Source of the DNA: Eledone cirrhosa | Lineage: Eukaryota | Direction of reading: 5' to 3' | Length of the DNA: 64,000 nucleotides | Assembly: GCA_964016885.1 (NCBI GenBank) | Contig: OZ024742.1 | Span: forward strand, 215,388,001-215,452,000 | Shown: one piece after another, positions 55,764-64,000 of the stretch | How positions within the stretch are numbered: position 1 is the stretch's first letter | Layout of the letters: the number at the start of each line of letters is the position of its first letter | Made by a program: the position numbers and the translations under genes | The notes under the pieces: model-generated | Seen by the model: only the letters and a program-made list of their open reading frames with translations | Told to the model about the DNA's origin: nothing | The model's database searches: none

Positions 55764-58700
55764 TTATGTATGTATGTATGTATCTATGTATGTATATGAA
55801 TATGTACCGTACATCTTCAAATATATTGAAGACCTCATACCTTACTGGTCATCTCTGAGTTTCACGTAATGGATATGCAATACCATTTCAATATATATCT
55901 ACCTCTCCCCCTCCTCTCTCTATCTCTCTCACACACACACACTCTCTCTCTCACTCTCTCTTTCTCTCTATGTATATATAATTATATATATATGTGTGTG
56001 TGTGTTTTTTTTTATATATGTGTGTGTGCGTGTGTTTGTGTATGTGCGTTTGTGAATTTTCTATGTATGTAGATATATACTTTCCTTAGATTAGTGCATA
56101 CTATTGTTCCCTATTTGAGACTTCTTTAGTGAAGTTAGGCTGATAACATACTACATTGGGTAAAGTCCTGTTTGTGAACAATGAGCCATGAACTGTTTAT
56201 ATAAACACTAGTGTCCTATAAGTTTACCAGAGATTTATTTCAAACGTCAACTGATCCTGGAATATACGACAACTCATACTATTATACAATAAATAGAACC
56301 TACTTGGAACAGTAATCATCTGAACTGGTACGATTTCTATTAACAGCCGTGATGATATTTGTGTATAAAATGTTATGTTAGCTCTCTCTTCCATGCGCAC
56401 AATATATCGTAATATCAAATGGAGTAGTTTCTTCGACATATGACTAACGAAACACAGACTGCGGACAATAAATAGGCCAATAGGAATGGCTGCTAAAATA
56501 CAAAATCGTTTATACAATATACATAGGAATAAGTACACTCTTCGTCTGTCCATGATCATATGTATCATGTAGTCTTGCTTGACATGTCACACGCACGCCA
56601 ATGAAATCGTCAAAAGTTAACACGTGTTACGACAGCACTATTCATTTATTTGTATCGATTTCTAAACCCCTTCTAGCCATAAACACTGTTGGTGTCATTG
56701 CGATTAATCTACGTTGACGTTAGTGGAAAGTAGAAACCTATAACAGTAGATCAAATGAGAAGGAACCTCGTGTCGTTTCGTCTACCGTTATTAGATATTT
56801 ATAGACGTTGAGACAAATAATTTATACAACTTAAAACTGATCTCATTTCTCTAGTCCTAAGGAATTCTTACATGTTATATAAATTAACATGTATTCACAA
56901 TACTGTATTAAAAAAATAGCTTTAAGGAACAAAGTTCCGAATCTTAAGGCGGCAACATTATTATGATATAAATATATATTATATATTATATATCTGTTAT
57001 CGTACTTGCACTGAGAATATAAATGTAAAATTTAACCACAGAAATATTTCCTCCTGGCGCTGTCGTGTCTGCAACGATATCGTATCGAGTAAGATATGGA
57101 GAGAAATTCTTCTCATTTGGTCTACTTGCTACAAATAACAACAAAATCTTAAAGTTCTACTATATCAACGGAGGATGAAGCATTGAATAACATAACCCTG
57201 CATACTTCCGGCAAGCAGGTGTTTAATCGGAGATATGTTCAAGGCAAAACAACAACTTCTCTCATCATTCAGAGAGTATTGTATTAATGCCAGTGTAAAG
57301 ATATCGTACAGTGGAAAGATATACATTAAACTTCATGACTCATTCTCACACGTGAATACGCGTCTGTATTGTATATATGCATGTAAATATTTATCTACGT
57401 AAGTATGTGCGTCTATGTATGTATGTATGTGTGTAAGTACGCACGTTTGTATATAATATGCATGTAGGCATGTATTTGTCGCATTTGAATGCAACAGATA
57501 CAACAATATCCATTAGACCTACGGAAATGTAAAACTTGAGTGCAAAAATTCATACCTTCATCATAGTTTCAGCTGTTCCTTCTTTTTTCTTTCTTTCTTT
57601 CATTTTTCTTTCTCTCCTTTTCTCTCTCTCTCATACTCCCTCTCCCTCGCTTTCTCTCTCCTCCTATTTCTCTCTTTCTCTTTCTCCTTTGATGTATCCA
57701 TCTCTATATTGTTATGTTGTCTGATATGCATATTTCCATCAGCATAATCCAACCCATCGTGACACATCGGCACAATATCATGCTTTCCCAATGTTATGCA
57801 CGAAATTGCATTTTCCAAAGGTAGCCGATGAAATAGGTAAATGCTTTTGTTCATTCTCCCACATATGACATCTTTTACGGGCGCAAATTTCCTATTTATT
57901 TCTAATACAACGCTACGTCTTCTTTCTTTGATTCAGTAAGAGTTTACTTGACAGCCGACAACACTTTCTCTCACACACAGCCATTTTGCTCTCCCCTTTT
58001 TTGGAAGATATATATATTTCCCTCCTTCCGGCGTTACCATTTGTATAACTTTGCTGCACTCTATCCATTCCCATGTCTCAATGTTTTTATATTGTTTTAT
58101 TTCCATGTTTCATGTGTGTGTGTCTGTGTGTGTATATATCATGATATATCGTTCAGTGTCGTCGTACTCTGACTTTCTCTATAACACTCATTCTGATAAG
58201 AAAGACTTCATTTACTTTTTTCCGCCTGTTTCTTCTGTTTAATACAGAAGAACAGCAGATACATCTATAAAAACAGCCAATATTATAACAATGTACACTT
58301 TCGTAAGACATGTCTCTGTATGGTTTAACTAAAGATCTACTTATCTCTATTCTGACTCATTGCCAAATATCTCTAATAGCTTACGGTTTATTTAAAGACA
58401 TTTTCGCAAGCTGTCGAAATGATTCAAGTCTGCTTCATCTTCATCTTTAATCTATCTTCAATATAGTGTAATAATATTTTTATTATGGTATTTGTTCTAT
58501 ATCATAGACTGTGTTTACAATTATACTTGCTTATAGCCCACCACCACCGCCATAGGCTTATGCTTACGCACAATTGGTTTATATACATCCATACGGCAAG
58601 TTATGGAACATCAACCTTCTTGCACGAATCGCTAGAAATAGCAGATGAATCAGATGTAATGCATGGAAGCATTGGATAATGTAGTCCTACATATCCCTTG

Positions 58701-59748
58701 AAATGAAAAGATTGTAGTTAATGGAATGATTATGATAACAGGGCTAATTAACAACAACAAATATTAAAACTTCAGTCAATCATACGCAGAGGCTCTTGCA
58801 GAAAATAAGGGCACAGTGATTATTGTTGGGAGGGGCATCACATTTCTGACCTATGCGAATGAATGATATTGACGGACTGACAGGAATATTGATGAACTGG
58901 TTATATTAGTTACCTTCATAAAGCTTCCCACATGTTTAGAATAAAAATCACGCCAAAAAATAATAGACCCTGACTCTAATAGTTTCATCATTACATACAT
59001 CTATATTCAATGTAATAAAACTAAAGACGTACATCAGTTTGACACAGCTGGGATTTATCACTAATTATATACATCAGCAAGACCATAAATCCTTGCATAA
59101 ATCGAACAGACAATGACTGAACTAACGAAACTAAAACTAATATGGAGAGGTAGAATCATCACCTTGGAAAATATATTTTATATTTTTTTAAATCCATTTG
59201 GAACAGGAGCCTTCACTGCTGAGATAGACGGGAAGCTACAGACACTGCAAAGGTGATGTTTCCGTAATGCCTGAGGTATCTTATGTATAAACCATATCAC
59301 AAACGGTGATGTCCTCGAAAACACCTAGCATCACATTGGTTTCAATGTAGCCCTTCGCACATTCACGACGACTAGAAGGCTGGGACTGTGTTGCAATATA
59401 AACATCGAATAGCCTGCGAAAGACTGTATGCGCATGTATATGTGTGTGTTTTCTTGTGTACATATAGGTCTTCCATATGTTGAAAGGATATTTTTAAAAT
59501 GTGGGAGATCTTTATGCCCAGCCTCTATATGCGACATATATGTGATGCATGTATGCTAATCTAACAATTGGTATTTTTACACCTACTAATATAAAAATCT
59601 GTCTATTGATCTATTAATCTGTCCTGGGGGTAGATATCGACTTGAAGTCGCTTCATGGCAATGAAACCGTGATAAGCCCCGTTATGATGGGCCTCAGGGC
59701 TCCAGGGTATTTTGTTATATTATATATAATTATATATATATATATATA

Positions 59749-59814
<66 letters not shown>

Positions 59815-59817
<3 letters not shown>

Positions 59818-60275
59818 AAAGTTCTATTTAACGTTGTTGGGATACAACAAGTAAATATTTTTATAACTGATATAAAGCACTCGACAAGTTTTTGGAGTAG
59901 ATATACGATATTAATAAATGGAAACTATATTTATAAAACCATATTTATTTCATTATACATATTTCAGGGATACCACATTAAATTATGGTATGCCTTCATC
60001 AAACGAAATACAATATATAACAGTTTTACAAATAGCTTTCACATACCCCTTTAAAATGCAACCATTACTTTTGAAGGCTGTCTGGCAGCCTCCAAAAGAC
60101 AGCCTCCAAAAGTAATGGTTGCATTTTAAAAGGGCATGTCAAAGCTATTTGTAAAACTGTTATATATTGTATTTTGTTTGATGAAGGCATACCATAATTT
60201 AATGTGGTATCCCTGAAATATGTATAATGAAATAAATATGGTTTTATAAATATAGTTTCCATTTATTAATATCGC
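59815..60275. mobile_element. Fold-back element with two C3U-variant hammerheads (59946-60010 -, 60170-60234 +)
   Basis: Inverted arms centred near 60090. tattttgt-TTGATGA-aggcatacca..tggtatccct-GAAA tatgta TA^-atgaaata. Confidence 0.85.
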
Positions 60276-60559
60276 ATATATATATATATATATATACGTT
60301 ATTCCGGGTTGAATCGGAGGTAACCACAGTAAGTAAGGTACTCAATACATAGCAGAGTATAACAGTTTTAATATAGATGAGATTCTACAGGACTAGAACT
60401 GTTTCATTCATTAGAAATCATCAGGAATCTGGGTATCAAAAAATAAATATGGTATTTATAGGTCTCTACAAGTGGTAGGAGAGGGTGGGGAGTGGGATGG
60501 GTGCAGGTCATGGGTGCAGGTCATTGGTTGTATCTACTTTTTCTGCCTGTAGAGGTGTC

Positions 60560-60651
60560 TTTATGTGCCTGTGTATATGCGTATATTTATTGAGTACCTA
60601 TTTACTTGTATGTGTATATATTTGTTTGTATATGTGTATATGTGTATGTGT

Positions 60652-60683
<32 letters not shown>

Positions 60684-60709
60684 CGTGCATGTATATGTAT
60701 ATATGTATG

Positions 60710-60772
<63 letters not shown>

Positions 60773-60884
60773 GTGTATGTGTGTGTGTGTGTGTATATAT
60801 ATATGTGTGTATATATATATGTCTGTGTGAATACGTGTTTTATGTGTGTATATTTATGTAGGTATATGTTTGTATGTGTTTGTG

Positions 60885-60915
<31 letters not shown>

Positions 60916-60952
60916 GTGTGTGTGTATGTATATGTATGTATATGTGTGTGTA

Positions 60953-61005
<53 letters not shown>

Positions 61006-61398
61006 ATGTATGTGTATGTGTGTGTATGTATATATGTATGTATATGTGTATGTATATGTATGTTTGTATATATGTGTGTGTATATATTTATGTATATATA
61101 TATGTATATATGTATATATATATGTATGTGTATATATATATATATATATATATGCGTGTGCGTGTGCGTATGTGTGTATATGTGTGCGTGTGTGTGTATA
61201 TATATATATATGTGTATATATGTGTATATGTATGTGTTTGTGTGTATGTATATGTATATATGTGTGTATATATATATGTATATATATGTATATGTATGTA
61301 TGTGTATATATATATATGTGTGTATGTGTATGTGTATGTGTGTATGTATTTGTATGTGTATATATACATACACACATATGTATATATATATGTATATG

Positions 61399-61434
<36 letters not shown>

Positions 61435-61543
61435 CATGAGAGAGAGAATGTGTGTATGTGTGTATATATATTTTGTGTGTGGGGGTGTGTATGTGTGTAT
61501 GCGCGCGTGTGTGTATATATATATATATATGTATGTGTGTATG

Positions 61544-61592
<49 letters not shown>

Positions 61593-61624
61593 ATATATAT
61601 ATATGTGTGTGTGTGTGTGTATGC

Positions 61625-61686
<62 letters not shown>

Positions 61687-61775
61687 ATGTATATATGTGT
61701 GTGTATATGTGCGTTATATCTCTGTATATATATGTGTATATTTATGTATAGGTCTGTGTATGCATGTGTATGTAT

Positions 61776-61827
<52 letters not shown>

Positions 61828-61894
61828 ATATATGTATATATATATATATATATATGCATATATATATATATGTATATGTGTATATATATGTATA

Positions 61895-61925
<31 letters not shown>

Positions 61926-61944
61926 GCATATATATATATGTATA

Positions 61945-61995
<51 letters not shown>

Positions 61996-62102
61996 TTGTA
62001 TGTGTATGTATAGAGAGATATATATATATATATCTGTACGTATGTGTGTATGTGTGTACGTATATGTATGTGTGTGTGTATATGTATGTATATATATGTA
62101 TA

Positions 62103-62171
<69 letters not shown>

Positions 62172-62202
62172 ATATATATGTGTGTTTGTATGTGTGTATA
62201 TG

Positions 62203-62253
<51 letters not shown>

Positions 62254-62374
62254 ATGTGTGTGTGTATAGATATTTATACATATGTATACTCGTGTTTGTA
62301 TGTATGCGTGTGAGTGTATTTATTTGTGTATATATGTGTGTATCTGTGTATGTATGTGTATGTGTGTATGTATC

Positions 62375-62419
<45 letters not shown>

Positions 62420-62536
62420 ATGTATATATGTATATATATTTGTATATATATGTATGTATTTGTATATATGTATATATATATGTATGTATGTGTGTGTGTG
62501 TGTATGTGTGTGTATATATATATGTGTATATGTGTA

Positions 62537-62612
<76 letters not shown>

Positions 62613-62810
62613 CGTATGTATGTGTGTATATGTATTTTATATATGTATGTATGTATGTGTGTATGTATGTGTGTGTACATGAATATATATTTATATTTGT
62701 ATATGTTTATATATTTTTTATATATGTGTGTGTGTTTTTATGTGTGTATATGTGTTTATGTGTGTCTTTATGGTTGCGCGTAAGTGTGTGAGTGAGTATG
62801 TGTGTTTTTT
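60560..62810. repeat. ~2.2 kb compound (TA)/(TG)/(TATG) microsatellite
   Basis: Directly visible. Confidence 0.97.
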
Positions 62811-63230
62811 TGTTTTTTAGGTGTGGTTTCTTGTTTTTCTGGTTTTTTTGTTTTATTGGGTTTTTTTGTTTTTTTGTGAATGTGTCTGTTGATTTGGCAT
62901 ATTGTTGATTAGTTTAAGAGAAGTTCGAAGATAATAGTAAGATATGCACTCAGTATTTTGAATCTGTCTGCAGAATTCCCTAGACCTTTGTCACTTAGCA
63001 GAACCTTAATGTAAAGAATCTCCCTTTTCTTTAATTCTATCGAGCATGAATGACCCCCCACTGATTTTATAGACATCTGCTAGCTTAAGAGAAACTTATT
63101 GACAAGGAATAGTACGCCATCCAGAACCTGTTTATAGATTTCTGTCTGCCTTTGTTACTCTAAAAACATAAATAAATATAAATTAACTATAGCTATGTAG
63201 AATTAGCTTTTAATGAATTCCCTTCTCTAT

Positions 63231-63295
63231 CAACCAATGACCTGCACCCATCCCACTCCCCACCCTCTCCTACCACTTGTAGAGACCTATAAATA
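63231..63295 (+). promoter_or_regulatory. Candidate Pol II promoter upstream of HHR (CCAAT 63234-63238, TATAAATA 63288-63295)
   Basis: TATA begins 30 nt before HHR stem I at 63318. Mirrored in the inverted arm. Motif match only. Confidence 0.4.
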
Positions 63296-63380
63296 CCATA
63301 TTTATTTTTTGATACCCAGATTCCTGATGATTTCTAATGAATGAAACAGTTCTAGTCCTGTAGAATCTCATCTATATTAA

Positions 63381-63474
<94 letters not shown>

Positions 63475-63479
<5 letters not shown>

Positions 63480-63661
63480 AAAAAGTATGACCTCGACGGC
63501 TGGGCTCAAGCCGTTTCGACGGCTATATCTGGAATAGCCGTCGAAACGGCTTGAGCTCTGCCGTCGTGGTCATAATTGTTCCTATTATCCACTCTACTAC
63601 CCTAAGTATTGAGTACTCTGGTGCGTTATGGTCCATCTGGTTCCTTATCACAACTCCTTCG

Positions 63662-63664
<3 letters not shown>
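63475..63664 (+). mobile_element. (TA)n-embedded hairpin mini element (36009 family)
   Basis: Hairpin 63475-63585 containing gccgtc-GAAAC ggc..gcc GTC, plus the shared tail. Confidence 0.82.
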
Positions 63665-63703
<39 letters not shown>

Positions 63704-63785
63704 AATATATGAAATTATATATATGTATATATATATATATAAGGGAACAAAAAATCAGTGTTGCATCATATACATATTTAATTAA

Positions 63786-63873
63786 ATATTACATATGTTT
63801 CACTGTCGATCAGTTCGAAAAACGACCCATTTACGATCGAACTTAACTCTGAAATCGGAAGCTCCTCAGATAT
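63786..63873 (-). ncRNA. Type I hammerhead ribozyme
   Basis: atat-CTGAGGA-gct..agttcga/tcgaact..agt-GAAA catatg TA^-atat. Palindromic ACATATGT. (TA)n about 50 nt downstream. Confidence 0.75.
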
Positions 63874-63938
63874 GTGTTAACATGTAGACTCGCGTCTTTA
63901 ATACCTACACACACACGCACACACACGCTCATACACAT

Positions 63939-64000
<62 letters not shown>

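Larger units (their letters stand above)
60297..63385. mobile_element. 3.1 kb segment bounded by inverted HHR-containing pseudo-LTRs (HHR 60380-60430 -, 63318-63368 +)
   Basis: 63231-63385 is the reverse complement of ~60365-60530. (TA)n lies outside both ends. Confidence 0.82.

Noticed and set aside
55800-59600. Host exons in the less repetitive stretches (also 2-7 kb and 27-29 kb)
   Set aside because: Only isolated splice-like words, with no recognisable protein motif. Small exons cannot be excluded without RNA-seq.
60485-62791. 594 aa and overlapping long ORFs
   Set aside because: Translations of TA/TG microsatellite, which rarely contains stop codons. The same applies to the [16 protein letters not shown] and SSSS ORFs throughout.

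Overview
AT-rich, microsatellite-dense animal DNA, probably intronic or intergenic. The repeat content suggests a cephalopod such as Octopus, but that is inference only. I find no supportable host gene, and the long ORFs in the track are microsatellite artefacts. The window holds decayed transposons: Tx1/L1-type, RTE, R4/Dong-like and HERO-like LINE pieces, four Penelope-like element (PLE) coding remnants, a mariner, a hAT-like element, Helitrons and about 10 copies of a tRNA-headed SINE. The main signal is about 30 type I hammerhead ribozyme (HHR) motifs, counted by eye, from roughly 10 sequence families. They sit in small non-coding units whose 3' side runs into a (TA)n tract. These include two tandem arrays of a 310-312 bp HHR monomer that switch strand mid-array, fold-back palindromes, and HHRs downstream of Naiad-like PLE ORFs. 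Stems keep their pairing between diverged copies, and a U3-A8 core variant is present. The best reading is a (TA)n-associated system of PLE pseudo-LTR-derived, retrozyme-like elements that may produce circular RNA. All folds were paired by hand, and activity is untested.
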